Of a stretch of 64,000 bases of DNA, positions 12,924-27,267 are shown one piece after another; the first letter of the stretch is position 1; each line of letters begins with the position of its first letter. The notes beneath the pieces are model-generated. The model worked only from the letters and a program-made list of their open reading frames with translations, was not told where the DNA came from and searched no databases. The DNA comes from Antedon mediterranea (lineage: Eukaryota; Animalia; Echinodermata), in contig NC_092677.1 in the NCBI RefSeq assembly GCF_964355755.1, positions 16,080,101 to 16,144,100 on the forward strand, read 5' to 3'. The position numbers and the translations under genes were made by a program.

Positions 12924-14947
12924 ATGTACTGTAATAAAACTGCATGAATTTTTATAATTTTTGTATTTTATGGTGTTGGGTAACTAATAGCAATAATTAT
13001 TTTTCATCTCATGCCTGTGATTTTCTCCCTTTTCGAATAAGTATTACTGTATTATTCATACTGTACATCTGTTGACAGTTTGTTAACATGGATTTACCCT
13101 GATACTATACTTGCTAATATTACTATTTACTTTATAGCTTATTAGAATGTTGAAGGATGTACTTAACCACTTCCTCTGTGATGTAATTGGTTAATTAATT
13201 GTCACAGTTACCATTCTGGCCAGGGATTAAGGAATGATCACCCCATGGTCATGTAGAAGATAAGCTTCTGTCATTATCCCTTCATATGTTCCTTTATCTT
13301 ATTTAAAAACTTTTACTGTATCCGACCTATAAATATAATAAACATTTTCCATGCATGGTTGTATAAAAAATGTTTTTCTGTAACACAATTTGCATCACTT
13401 TTGAAAAAAAAGGTAAATATTTGTACTGAATTTTATGGTAAAAAATCAGAACTTTAGGTTTTAACCTTATTGTACTGTAAAGTGTATGCCACATTCAAAG
13501 TACGGTAGATACATTTTAAATTTGTATTTTTTTTTAAAACATTTTGTTGTTAGGTGGTAGAAACAGCCTTGCTAGATTAATAGACAGGAGGAAAATGTAC
13601 TGTTAAAGGTCCCACAGATTTCATCTTTCTCAATTATCTCTACAGACGATAGTGTATTTAATTCTTTTCGTAAAGCATGTTAAATTATTCTACTTAATTT
13701 GAAAATAAATGTTCAATACTAGTTAGTTGATACTAATCAAATATTTTTAAAACTTAAATTAAAGGCCTTTAGTTTCAGGCACTTTTTTCCCATAAACTGG
13801 CACATTTTACCACAAAAAAGGGCAAACTAATGTAAAAATATTTTTTTTATAGTGAGCATTAATTAAAATGTTATGTCATTCAACTATTTTACTTGGCATT
13901 TATGGAATGTACTTTATTTCAATAATATTTTAATATTTCTGTGCCATTTTGATACTTTGCAAGGAAACTATTATTAGATTATAATATTTGATGTAAATTT
14001 CTAAATCAATAATTGCCTTTCATATGGCAACAGAAGAGAAAGATTGTCAGACTAATTGTCTATGAAGTGGATTAGGTACTCAAGGTTTCAATTAGGGTCA
14101 TGTTCATTTAGTGCTATGAATGGGATCAAGTATGGAAGCCCTAGGGTCTGGGACGGGCTGGGGCCTGGTGAATGGCGGCCTCATTCAACCTACAGACAAT
14201 ACTCTTCTAGACCTAGGCTAGCCCATTAAGAACTTAAGGCTGATAGGAACCTAGGGGTAACTTGGGCCAAAGCTTTAGCAGTTGTTTGTAAAGAGCTATT
14301 GTCCAGGTCTAAAAGTGTGTTAAATGAGTGGGCCTCAACATTCAAAATGAGTTCAGTATGATAAATATTAATTGCCATAAATACGTGATTGAAATAGATC
14401 AGCGAAGTGAGTGGTAACTTTGGAAAGCATGAATTAAATATGGAATTACAATTTTTATTTCATCACAATTTAAAACAATTTTTTTTGGAAAATTTAAATG
14501 TTATGCTTATTTATTTTACTGAATTATTTTTATGTTAAATAACCTAGCTACCATACTATATTTTAAACTATAGAAAAATACTGCATGACAGATATACGTC
14601 CTGTAGTATGTGTGCGTGACGTATTTATCTCTACACATTATAAATAGAAATTGAATTATTTGATTGGAATTAAAGGGATGATAGAAGGGTTTGATGTGCT
14701 CTGTCAGAGCAGTTTGAGCCTGCTGTGCGAGGCTTGAATCTCATCGCTAAGCCAATTTATACTCATTAGTCCGACCTGGATTAACATGAGTTGGTGTTAT
14801 TGGATCTGCCATTATTAACAGAGTCATCAGAATTTAAAATTACTACCAAAAATAACCCGTGCAAATTAATAAAAAGTTATCATTTAATATATTTACTGTC
14901 ATATATCATAAAAGAACATACATTTATGATTTTTAAACTAGATTTAT

Positions 14948-14971
14948 CATGGAGATACAGTATTCTCCATG
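14948..14971. mobile_element. 24-bp CATGGAG...CTCCATG hairpin insertion (P-like footprint or mini-element)
   Basis: GATTTAT|CATGGAGATACAGTATTCTCCATG|GATTTAC. The 7-bp flanks match at 6 of 7 positions. Confidence 0.55.
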
Positions 14972-15854
14972 GATTTACCAACAAACATATTTTTGTTTGT
15001 ATAGCAAATTGGTTTGCGATACTGAGCCGGGATTCTTTAAATAACTACAAAATTATGACACTCAGTTTAAAAAAAAAAATTAATTCAGGCTTTATTTTAA
15101 AAAGAATAGAAATATATAAACTATACAAACAATATAAATATCTTTTAAAGAAAATAATGAAGACATTCAATTTCTCCAATTGGAAAGTGCTGTGCTACTT
15201 TCTGTAATCAATATATTTCATTGAATTTATTTATTTCTGTACTATAATTCAGGTTTTATATTTACAGTAGTATATACATTCAATTAATGAAACTGAGTCT
15301 GCTAACATGCTAGATTGAGCAGATTCCTGAGACAAGACCTTTGAAATAAAAAGACCTACATATGAAGACAAATGCATGTTTGCCTCGGACATTAATATCG
15401 CAAAACATCTGAAAATGTCACAGATCAAAAGCCTAAGATGTTTTTAGGCGCAATTATTGTCCCGTTGTTTGCGCAAATAGATGATTGATACAAAACTCCA
15501 CTGAAACCTAATGCTTTTTAATCTTCTTTTCATTGAGTGTATTTTTCTATTTTTAAACGTGATATTGTAAATGTTCTGTCTTGGCATTCTCATTTTTGTA
15601 TGCTGTTGAAAAACGCAGTTGTTTATCAGCAACTATCAAATTTTCTTTTCAATTTTCTTTAATTGTTGGTTTTTAAAGAAGATTAAGCCTCTCAGATTGT
15701 AGTGATTTAAATGACACAAATATGTATCAAAATTAAAAATTTAATATGTGTTTTTTTTATTTTTTTTTTATGTCTTTAGGCAATGTGGCGAAGGATTACC
15801 AATAGTAAATTAATCACTTTCCTATCAGATAGGTGGGATATTTTGTGAACCAGT

Positions 15855-15911
15855 TCACCGGGGTAACCCCGTACTCTTCTCGAATAATGAACTGGGTTCT
15901 ATAAAGTACAC
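15855..15911 (-). mobile_element. Fragment of a Deu/Nin-domain SINE
   Basis: CACCGGGGTAACCCCGTACTCTTCTCGAATAATGAACTGGGTTCTATAAAGTACAC aligns to the central domain of the 3470-3824 SINE. Confidence 0.65.
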
Positions 15912-18900
15912 ATTGAATAATAATATATGATCCAAACAATTATAATATCACAAACAACAAGATTGTAGAGGGTTTTGTGATTGCAGAGCCTTTATGTTAC
16001 ATGAGAAAAACTGCATTATTAAAAATAAATAATATCAATATTCTAGTGCTGTTATACATTTTGTCTACACATTTGTTTGCAATTATTTAGCAAACATTTT
16101 TGTGGTAAATCACACAGCATATTGCAGTAACTAGTACCTTAAACTTCTACATTAAAACATCTAAAATCATACATTTTATTACTCAGTAATTTTCAATTTA
16201 TAAAAAAAAACATTCAAATGATATTATCGCTTTTAAATCAAACTATAACTATAAATAATATATTTTAAACCACAGATGTATAAATTCATAATGGATATGT
16301 TTTTTAGCCACTTTATATTTCTAGAGTTGCGTTGTAAACACCACGTCATTAATGACAGTCAATCTGCCAGTGTCAGCAGATTAATGCGCTAATGCGATAG
16401 GAGTATTTGATATTTACAGAAATACAAATTTTCAACGAGGCACTCGTAGCAAACCGGCACATTACATCATCATGTTTTCTTTTTTTTTTAAACTTTGCAT
16501 CGTTCCTCAACTCTCTCATATCGGCTAAATGTGTTTTATAAATTTATGATTAATAGTTAGTTTTGTAGCTGTAGAGTAATGCACAGCAACGTTAAAAGCA
16601 TGGATTTGATAGACGGTAGATATTTTCGGTGATATTATGCTTTAGGCTTGTGCATCAAAATTTCAATAATAACGATTCAAATCGTTATGCGAATTCTAAT
16701 ATTGCAGTTAAAATGTCATCAGTTAGATAAGCTATCAGCGCGATCTGTAAAGTTCTTTTTTTTGGCATTTAAATTTAAAAGTTCTTTTGTCACACTCTCC
16801 CTTTTATAATGATTGGATTTGGTGAGATAGGAATCAATAATAATTGATTTATTAGTCCACTTTTTTATGATGAACTTTTAATAATATTATTGCATTAAGT
16901 TTGTTAAAGTACAGTTAAATTGGGATATAATTCTTGTTGTCATCACACTTTGATAAAAATATGATAACAAAAGGGCTTTAAAACATACAATACATCAATC
17001 TTATTGGTAATGATATGATAAAATCCAGGGTTAACAGAAAAAATTCTTTCTGTAATACAGTATGACTAAAGGATTATTGAAAACATGATAATAACATGAT
17101 AACAATGAGTTTATAACAGACAATTCTTTCTTTATATAATATGATTAAAAGATTATTGAATGAAAACCTGTGTTAATAATATGATAACAATATTTTGTAT
17201 TGACATGAAATTATTTAAAATTTCAATTCATGATACTGATATAATTTATTGTAGCAAACAGCTAAAGATTAAAAAATTGAAAGATTAGGAATCCTTCCAA
17301 TTTTCCAGAGAATGAACCTAAAATAGATAGTGTATATTGAATGAATTTTCAAGGTCCATGTTCAGCAGCCATCATGATAACAATAAGCTACTGTAGCATC
17401 TTTTTGTATCTTCTTACAGTACTGTATCTCCTTAAAAGGAAAATCTAAAGTGACGAGTGAAATTTTCAATTATTCAAACCATTGTTTCCATTCACTTCCT
17501 CCTCCTACCCCCTCCTTCTACTGCATCATGTCTAAATTACGGGAGTACACTGCCATTAACTTTTTATGATGTGGCCAAAAACAAAAATAAACACCCATAG
17601 AAAAATTCCAAACCCTTAGTCATTACAATACTGTCATAAAGTTAAGACTATTTTTTCTTTTTTAGTAAGATTTTTTAAGCCGATAATTAATTTATAAATG
17701 TTAAACGATAGGTAACCTGTCTAAACATATATTGTTGATCCAATTTAATGTTGTAGGATTGAAAACCATAATGGAATTATATAATAATGCATCCAAATGC
17801 TTTTATTATCGTAGCTATAAATTTTACTTTTAATAGTATGATTCGTTGTTGTTGACGTTTTATTTCAATTTTATCCTGAGTGGATTTACTGTAGAAGCAA
17901 AAATCCTTGTTGATTGAATAATAATTTAATAAATTAAGCCCCTTTGGAAAACTGAGCGAAATACTTGCCAAAATTAAAGAGTATTTGTTTCGGCCCCTAT
18001 TGAAAATAAAGGTAACTTAAGATTTTAATAATAATTTTTTACCTCACCAATTAACGCCCAAAAATTCAACCTAATAATTGTTATAACAGCACTATACTTG
18101 GCAACATATGTTTTTGTCAAGTAATAAAAATATTAATCAAAATCAGACTAATGTATTTGTAGTAGCAATGTAGTTTGGTGGTTACCATATTTTACCTTCC
18201 AATCTCAGGGCTATAGAGTTTGAACATTAATTCCATGATATCTTTCATGGCAAAAACAGCACTACCAGTTAATCCTCCCAATGAGACTTAATTTAAAAAG
18301 TATGAGACGCAATTCCTGCATTTATCAAGTTTCAACAACACCCAATTAGCAATAAATAAACAATATTAACTTTCAATTGTTATTAAATTGTTGACTGGAA
18401 CTAAATCAAAGTCAAATGTATATGACAAATATTTTAGATTGATTGATTAATATCATGTCACAATTTTATTCAATCTACAGTATAAATGTTCATTGCAACT
18501 AAACCAAGTCAAACTACTAAAGTTTAAATTATTATGTTACATAATAATTTAAACTTGCAGGTCTTGCATGTGTTCTGGAATATAATATAGGATTAGTGGT
18601 GTACAGGTATATTACTCTGTATTGTGCGTCTATGTATGTTTTTTTTTGTTTTGTTGAACCTCTCGTTGCGTTTTCAAAGGGGAGAACCAATACAATTATT
18701 AGCAGGTACTGTAGATCTATTGCTTCATAAAACACAATTTGTACACAACATTAACAATTTGAAATATTATTCTTAAATTGTTCAACTAAGCCTAAATCAA
18801 AAGAACGGGACAACAAATATTTTCGCTTGATGCCGTTTCACCATTTAATCCAACCATTATATAATTGTCTAAGTTAGCAGATTTAACACCAGTTGCTGTT

Positions 18901-20284
18901 AAATTTCTTGCTACGCTTCACCGCTCCAATCATTAACGCCACTTTGCAATCTGCGTCGTGCTGTCACAAATTTCATCAACACATATTTTTGTGTTTGGAT
19001 GGTTTGTGGTAAATAATAAATACAGTAATATTTAATAATAAATATGTTTTTGGAAAAAAAGCATAAACAAAATTGAGTGGGATATAACATAGTTTTTATT
19101 AATTTTAATAATTTAATTAGCAATTACTAACATAATATATTAAGTTCCTATAATAAAATAAGTATTTAACGAAAAAAAGTATATATTTTTATTCTATTAA
19201 AATAATGATAAAAAGTTCGCTGTTTTTTTTAAACAAATTTCATAAGTTTGGTCTTTAGCTACACATTTTTAGCCTAGACTGATATATTTTTTCATTAAAC
19301 TTCTACACATTTCATAGATATATTAAAAACTACAGTATACACCATACTTTATGGGTGGTTAATCCTGATGTCTTTTTCACATCCTTTTGTCCCAGTTGTT
19401 ATTTTTCAATTGTACAAAACCATTATATCAAAATCATCATTTCCTGTTAAACCCGCTAATTCTTCATTTCGAAAGTGATGCTCAACAATGGAACATCCCG
19501 AGAGGCGTTCCATTCCTTTTCCATAACAACCGGCCATTTCCTTTTACCACGACACATCCAATTCCCACTGTTCTACTTTAATGGCAAGAGTTGTACGGAT
19601 CTGGTTAGAATGACGCATTACTCTCCAAGTCTACACTCCCAATTAGCGGGCAATTCTCTTGGCGGATTGCTCGGTTTTTCACATTTAAAAAAAAAACTTT
19701 TGACAAGTTGAAAAATATGTCACAATATTTCTTGCTGAAACAGCAGCAACCTGATAAATTACAGTATGTTTGCAATGCTTACTACAGTATAGTGCTGTTA
19801 AGGCATTTTGATAAATTCTGTGTGTTGAAATCATAATATTCCAAAAATAAAGAATATTATAATTGTTTAACTTGTTTATATTAAATTATATTTATACAAA
19901 AATAATATTAAAAACCATATTAAAAACAATTATGGATATGCATAACAAATAAAAAAAATCAACATTATGTAATAAATGAAATAAATACACATAATTAATT
20001 TTGTAAAAAATTCTTAGAAAAGTTATTATAATTTGTATATATAACTTTATATTAGATTACGACAGTGGACAGAAAACCCTAGAAAAGGACATACAGTGTC
20101 TTCATTGTTTTAAATTAAAAACCAGAGTGGAAAAAAACAATCAAAACAAAATATTTATTATTAAAACATGCTACACTGCTGTGAGACAAAAAAAAATGTA
20201 GTATTTACACTTTAGACCCATTTTATGCTGAACTCGCAGGATAATGGGAACAACTATTATTTTAACTATAAAAAGACAAAATAC

Positions 20285-20426
20285 GTGGTGAATTCAACCA
20301 AAAATCCAGACAATAGAGCCAACTACTATTGTTTGCTTGAAATTTAAGTTTTTTTCAGGTGAAAAATAAAATATTTTTTTTCAATCGATAAAAAAATATT
20401 TTTTTAGGGAGAAAATATATCTTTAA
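20285..20426. mobile_element. Fragment of a second TTAA-ended MITE family
   Basis: AATTCAACCAAAAATCCA...TTTTTCAGGTGAAAAATAAAATATTTTTTTTCAATC is the reverse complement of about 59960-60063. It ends in ...AATATATCTTTAA. Confidence 0.5.
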
Positions 20427-21261
20427 ATTTGGACAAACAAATAAATAAAATACTCAGAACAGGAAACAATTGCACAAGGCCAACCTAAACTTAATTTATT
20501 AATAACGATTAAAGTATGAGTGAATTAATTAAGCTTAGTTTTTTCTTTAGTACAAAAGTCCACTAAAGTGCAGTTGCTATATAAAATAACTGAATATTAA
20601 CCAACTGTACTAGGAGCACTACTGCCGTCTACTAAATGTAAAAACAGTATATTCCAAACGAGACTAGTGTCCACTGGTTGACTCTCATCTAAGCTCTGCT
20701 TAATCTTTTAAATTTGATATGTTATTTTTATATTTTTCTAAATGGTCTTTACTAGATCTACTTAAACTTATGACATTTTAACAAAAAGTACTGTAACAAG
20801 CATGAATACAGCGCGTCAATTTTAATTAAGCCGTAAAATTTGATATGCGTGTGATTACAAATATATTTTAGTTTCTATAACATGATTAAGTCAAACCAAA
20901 TATAAGCAGATGTCGGCGTTCTTTAAAGTATATGCGTAGTTGCGTGTGTCCGCACTTCAGAACCCTAATTTTGTTTAATAAAGGCACACGAATTATAGGT
21001 TGATACCGGTTGATATACTTTGCACTTTATCAATCTACATAATATACTATCATTATTACCGATCTCTTTGTGTGTTTTAAAAATAGTACAGCCAACGTGA
21101 ATCACAATACCTATTTGATGAAGTCATCATAGTATTGTACTAATTGGTCATTCATTATTTTTGATTGGAAATTTGTTGTTTGTTGATTTAATGACATCAT
21201 TAGTGTCTATCCTAGTCCTTAGATAATTTATTTACACATTTTCTATACAAACCTTCTGTGT

Positions 21262-21810
21262 GTTAGACTTTATAGATACCCCTATATTATGAATAATGGT
21301 AATTTATTGCCGTGAGTTAAGGGTTACTGTTAAATTATGAATTACTGGAAACAGATTTAAAATCATTTTAATTATGAAAAATAGAACAGTTTCTTTAACA
21401 ATAACAAAGAAAAGAAAGTACAGTTGACTGTAAAGTAGATACATTTTAAGGCAAGTTTTCCTGATTCTCAGTACTGTATACTAGACTTTTTATAAGCGAA
21501 AACATTTTTTTTTTCTACAGAAGCATTTTCTTTAGACACTTTTATATAGATTTTATTTTACTATAATATTATGCATAATGGTAATTTATTGCCATGAGTT
21601 AAGGGTTACCGGTAAATTATGAATTACTGGAAACAGATTTACCAGTATTTTTAAATTATTTTAATTATGAAAAATAGAACACTTACCTTTAAAAACAACA
21701 AAGGAAATAAAGTACATTTGACTGAAGATACATGAGGCAAGTTTTCCAGATTCTCAGTAATTTATCTAGACTTAAGCAAAAACATTTTCAAACTTTTTTT
21801 TTTCTATAGG
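21262..21810. repeat. Local tandem duplication, about 270-285 bp x2
   Basis: TAATGGTAATTTATTGCC(G/A)TGAGTTAAGGGTTAC...AAATTATGAATTACTGGAAACAGATTTA...GGCAAGTTTTCC.GATTCTCAGTA occurs at about 21290-21520 and 21575-21810. Confidence 0.9.
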
Positions 21811-22905
21811 AGTGATTAAAAATATTAAAACTGCAAAATGACCTATTCAATTTTTATTTTAAAACCTTTTTGAGAGGCATACATCTTTAAGGATAAAGCT
21901 GAAAGTTCAATTTAGTTACAAATTTTGAGCAGTATCTATCAGCCTCTAATTGGTTTTACAATTCATATACATTTTTACAAGATAAGAAAGACCAAAAGTT
22001 TAAAAATGTATGTCTTGATACCATAATTATAATTGCAATCGCTTTGTTTGCGCAATTCTGAAAGAATTTAAAAATAGTTCACATGTTGGGCAACTATAAT
22101 CTTATGCAGTTTTAATGAATCTTTACAATTTAACTTTGGAAGCAAGAGTTGCATTTCCTTCGTCTCGGAGTCAGTGTTAATAATTGCACTTATTTTCCGT
22201 TGGCCAAGGAAAAGCCAGACAGCCCAATGTTTGCTAGAAACAACACAATTATTATACAATCTAAATATGTTCCCAAGGTATTTACTTATTGTTAAAATCA
22301 TGTATTTCTGTAAGTTCTCAATTTCAGCCAGTGTGGGAGAGAAGAAACCTTGAGGCCTAGAAATACACAGTGGGTGATATTATGGTACAAATTAGGCACC
22401 CCAAGGGAGTGTAAGAAGTGTGAAAATAAAGAGCTTATAAAACATGACTAGGCCAGGTGTCATTGTTAAAGCCATGTTTTAAGGCTACCCTGGCCTAAGC
22501 CTTATGTAGGCCGTTTGTATCCTTTGTTCCGTACCATGTTATGCGGTGTGTATTAATAGTATATTATTATTGTTAGTATATTGCTTGTTGGCAAATAGTC
22601 ACACTTAGGTCAATAGCCTCAAGGCTGTTGACGGGACCACCTCTCGTGAGATAATTTCAAGCACACGGACTGTTACTAATTTTTTTATGTTTTCACTTAA
22701 GTTGCAATTTTATTTATGATTGTGCTTAGTGGGTATTAAAAAGAGTATAATGACCGAAGAATAGGAAAATATATATATATTTACAAAATGCATGTAGGGG
22801 CCTAGTGCTGATATTTGCAAATTTTATTTTAAAGTTTAATACAAATAAACTTTTCTAAAAGTTTCTAAGACATTACAATTAAATTCTCAATTGTTTAAAG
22901 TACAA

Positions 22906-22973
22906 TGTCAGAGTAGGGCAAACATCTGACCAATTACTAATTAAACTCCCTTATGCAAAGCTACTCAACAGTA
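22906..22973 (-). mobile_element. Fragment of the 12730-12923 repeat family
   Basis: GTCAGAGTAGGGCAAACATCTGACCAATTAC...GCAAAGCTACTCAACAGTA shares the right arm of the 12.8-kb copy and the reverse complement of its left flank. Confidence 0.6.
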
Positions 22974-23444
22974 TTTAAATAAAATTATTCTATTTCTTAT
23001 TAAACAATATCAGAATGATTTACTGTTTAAAGTAAAAGCGTTCCCTTGAAATTACAAACCAATGTTACTACAGCAGATTTAATTGGAAAATTACTAGTGA
23101 AATCTTCCTTTTTAACATTCAATTGCATAGTAAACATTAGGACCTATAACAACATTTAAATATTTATGCCATAGATTAGTTATGTTATTTTACCACATTA
23201 AATGCTAAAAGTTTAATACATAAATGGATAGATTAAGTATGCAGATTTTCTTTCTTCTTTCTAACTAAGCATGAAATACTTAAATTGTAAATAATTAATA
23301 TCAAGATTTTGAAATGGTGTACATCTTTCAATACAAATGTAAACAATATGTTTGCTTCACATATTTGAGTTCTTTCTTTTCAAGGATAGGGTATTTACAG
23401 TGTTAAATTAGTGATGTAATTTTTTCCTAATGTTATTGTTATAA

Positions 23445-23464
23445 CATGGAGAAATTTCTCCATG
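23445..23464. mobile_element. 20-bp perfect palindrome CATGGAGAAATTTCTCCATG (P-like footprint or mini-element)
   Basis: Flanked by GTTATAA / GTTATAG (6 of 7 match). Termini are the same as at 14948-14971. Confidence 0.55.
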
Positions 23465-26400
23465 GTTATAGCAAGTACAGTTTTCCCTGTGGAATTGACA
23501 TCTTTCACTAGATGTGTTTATGAGTATCTGATGCTCCATGCTTGTTGTCGTGTAACGTAGGTGATTTTAGTGTAGAAAGACAAGCAGCTAATTAAGGAAT
23601 GAAACGGTTGCCGCATAACGTCACTTTAATCTGTTAATTCACGTTTGTCGCTGATGTCCACAGATTACCGGTTATAACGACTTGGCCTTAGTGTTGATGG
23701 AAAAAAACAAAGCAACAAGGATATAATTTTAGATACATATGAAAATATTCATTTGTTATTTTTGGTTGTTAATGGTATTTGTCTGCGAAGCAGTTACTGC
23801 AGTAACTGCATTTAATTTCACTGCATTTTAGTTCGGTTTGTTTAATGTATGTTGAAGCCAAAACATTTTGATAATTTCAGGTTAAAGATACACAATTTTG
23901 TTACTGGAGTAACTGCAGTACAATTATTAATAATTAAGTCCCTTAAATAATTTATCCCTATATTATAACATTTCATAATTAATAATAAAAGTGATACTAA
24001 AATGGTTTTAATAATACAAATATGCCTAATTTAGGATTTTTATTTCTGAAGTTTTTGAAGTCTCTTCTTCCCTGAAGCATGTGGTGTTACAATAAACTTT
24101 TTTTTAAAGTATTTATTATACAAATTAAACAAATAAATTTTATGATATTGATAAACACAATAGGTGATCCACTGAATGGTGTAGATTACCTAAAAATATT
24201 TCAAAATTTAATTGGTTAATTTTGTTCATATTTTATTATTTAGTGTAGTAACTTAGGTCAATTTCCATCAACAATCAAACTTACTATTTTCACTCATTCT
24301 ATTCTATTGAGTATTGATTTCAACATCACAGGGAACCGAATTGGTATCAAAATATTAGTTTACTGTGTCACCTGCATTGACCTTACCTGCTTTACCTGTG
24401 TACAGCTTATTTATTTTACCTGTAATCTGACCTTTTCAATTTGCACTTCATTGTTCCTCGGATTTCACTATTAAATAATTAGTCCAAGGAGATTAATATA
24501 TTATTACCTCAATAGTAATTTTCGCAATCGTTCGTTTGAAAGAATCATCAGTGACAGCAGGCTTAGGACATACTTTCACCATGATATTGTTATCTCGTTC
24601 AGTCTAGCGCTAATTTGTTACGTCTGAAATTCAAACCACTGCATTGTGTATCATAATCGTATCTTCTGGGATATTATGTGACTGATAGAGTATTTGATAT
24701 GCTATAGATGAAACGCATGTTTATAGATGAAATATAATTATAATGTTCAGATAAACTAATTAATATACACAATTAAAGTAATTATTATTAATGTAGATAA
24801 TTGTGTTTTTTTATTTCACTTTAGGCCTATAAGTTAAAGAAATTGGAATTACTAAGCAACACAATTTTGGCCATTTTATCAAAAATTCAAAGCACTAAAA
24901 ACTTCTTTAAATTTAGATTTATAATAAATATTAATTAACTATTAAATTCTATTAAAATGTACAATTAAAATTGTCAGTAAATTATTTCAAAATAGAATTT
25001 TTAATGGAAATTCTATGTTTTAAAAGTTTCTTAGACCACGTTTTGTGTGTCAGACTGCAGTCACGTTTTTCCTTAAGTACCCTTAATTGTTATGTATTTA
25101 AATAAATAAAAAATTAATGTAATTTTGATGGACAAGCATTATATCAATCAATCTATTATACACATTCAACACATTGTTTGATATTCAGCTGATTGACCAT
25201 TAGTCATCAAATTCTACGATTATTCATTTCATGAGTACATTTTTCGTAATATCGTTTTCTTTTATGGATGTTTCACGTTTTTATAGTCGTTCTCTGTGTG
25301 TGTTTGCATCTGTCAGTCGTATTGTTTAATAGAATGAAATTACAAATAATTTTATGTGTAATGATAATTTTTTATTCTTGTATTTGACACTTTGTTTTAC
25401 AAGAATTTGATTACCAGTATTTCTTCATTGTCGTCATATTATGATTCACGTTCTTTTACATTCCTTTGTATGATTTCTCTCTTAATTACCTATAACAGCA
25501 TTGTTGGAGAATTTGTGTGTTTATGTACATACCTTTGGGGCTCATTTACCCTACTACACTCCATATCGAACAAATAAAATCGATGATGATGTAATTGTGA
25601 ATTGGTGTCCTCATTGGGCAAGTCATTAAAGGTGATATTTGAGATATTAGAGGTTAGATTTTTTAATAATTATATGTGAATTTCAACCAATCAAAATGTG
25701 GTAACAGTCCTTGAAAAATTTCATACTGAATCATAATGATTGATTTTACTAAATAAACATTTGCTGGCCTCCCTCTCGCAGACTTTTAAAATTCATAGTT
25801 ACTGTACCTTAACATTTTTAAGTTTTTACATATAGCATTTCATGGTGGCAAAACGATTATGTTAAAATGCCTTTATAGTGATGTAGGCCTATAGTAGTAA
25901 GACTACAGGTGCTAAAAATATTGAAAAGATCATCAGAAAGTTTGTTTAAGAAACAGTACATTTCCTATCTGAACATTCTGAACCTGAATGTTTACGATAA
26001 AACGATCACATGTACAGATACATTGAAAAATTGTAAACATCTTACACATTTTTAATGCCACTTTATGTGTTAATCTTTTATTTGCACACATATCTCAAGT
26101 GCTTTAATAGTACATGCATAATTTGAAAAATAACACTACAATATGGTAGTACATAATATATGAATAAAAATTAAAAGCTAAACAGTTTTTACCGTTATAA
26201 GCAAATTCATAATTCAAAGTCAAATTGTTATCAATTATTAATATAAACAAAAACATTTTAAACCTTTTTTCTTGTACATGTTTTTCCATCAATTACAAGC
26301 AATTATCGTGAATACAAAATATAATCCGGAATCACTGAACCGTATTAAACATTAGCTGAACCATTCAATATATTCTCGCATATTGGCAGATTATCTCCTG

Positions 26401-27009
26401 CTCCCACCGATTGAACCCGCATGATAAAAATTATCTTTTGATTGGCAGGTGTAAACGGGATTATTGCACCCGTCTCCGGGAGCAATGGCATCACACACTA
26501 CTTGATTTTCTACCGCATAGAATCCTTTTAATATTTCTTATATTATTTCCGTGTTATTGGTCACAAGTTTTTGTTTATTGAATACACAGCATATGAAAAC
26601 TATTTGCGTAAATGCGCTATGATTACTTTTATTATTATTATTAATTATAAATTCCCCGGGGCAAGAAAACAAGGTGTTTGCAGAACAATGAAAAGGAGAA
26701 AATTTTCACAGAGAATGTATTGATTATTTAATAGGCTTGTAAGTAAGTATTTTTAAAGTTAACATTGCTATAGAAATTGTGTGATTGTGGTATTGCTAAA
26801 GACTTGTTCTGTTATATCAGCCGTATAATCTATGACACAACTTGCGACATAACCTACATTTTGTTGTGCGAATTAAGTATGTTTCATGTCAATCGTAAAA
26901 CTTTAAGCTGGGTATATGCAGGCAACTTTAAAGTATACGGTATATGGTATACTTTTTAAAGTAAAATGTCTGCATATTATATTAAGCAGACTCTGGGTTT
27001 GAATCTCTG

Positions 27010-27267
27010 TTTTTTTTTTTTTTTTTTTTTTTCTTCATACTCATCCAACAGCGAGTAACTCGCCAATTACAGGATGGATAAACTATTTAATAATTTATCG
27101 TGCTTATAAACTAAGTCTCATTTGAGGCTTAGGGAGTGGAGTTGAAAGAGTCATGAGTTACAACCCTGCACTAGGTCAGGATTGAACCCTGCACTAGGTC
27201 AGGATTGAACCCGGGACCTTGGGATTGGAAGGCAAGCACGTTAACCACCAAGCTACAGCTCCACTCC
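27010..27267 (-). mobile_element. tRNA(Gly-like)-derived SINE with poly(A) tail
   Basis: Minus strand: A box TAGCTTGGTGGTTAA, anticodon-arm-like CTTGCCTTCCAAT, B box GGGTTCAATCC (duplicated), 3' stem-loop CATCC...GCGAGTTACTCGC...GGATG, and a 23-nt poly(A) (T run 27010-27032). Confidence 0.85.

Noticed and set aside
14791-15207. 138-aa ORF and the other short track ORFs
   Set aside because: Compositions rich in I/L/F/K/N/Y reflect AT-rich noncoding DNA. No recognisable domains or splice-consistent structure.
27185-27267. Functional tRNA-Gly gene
   Set aside because: It is the head of a polyadenylated SINE and shows no convincing complete cloverleaf.
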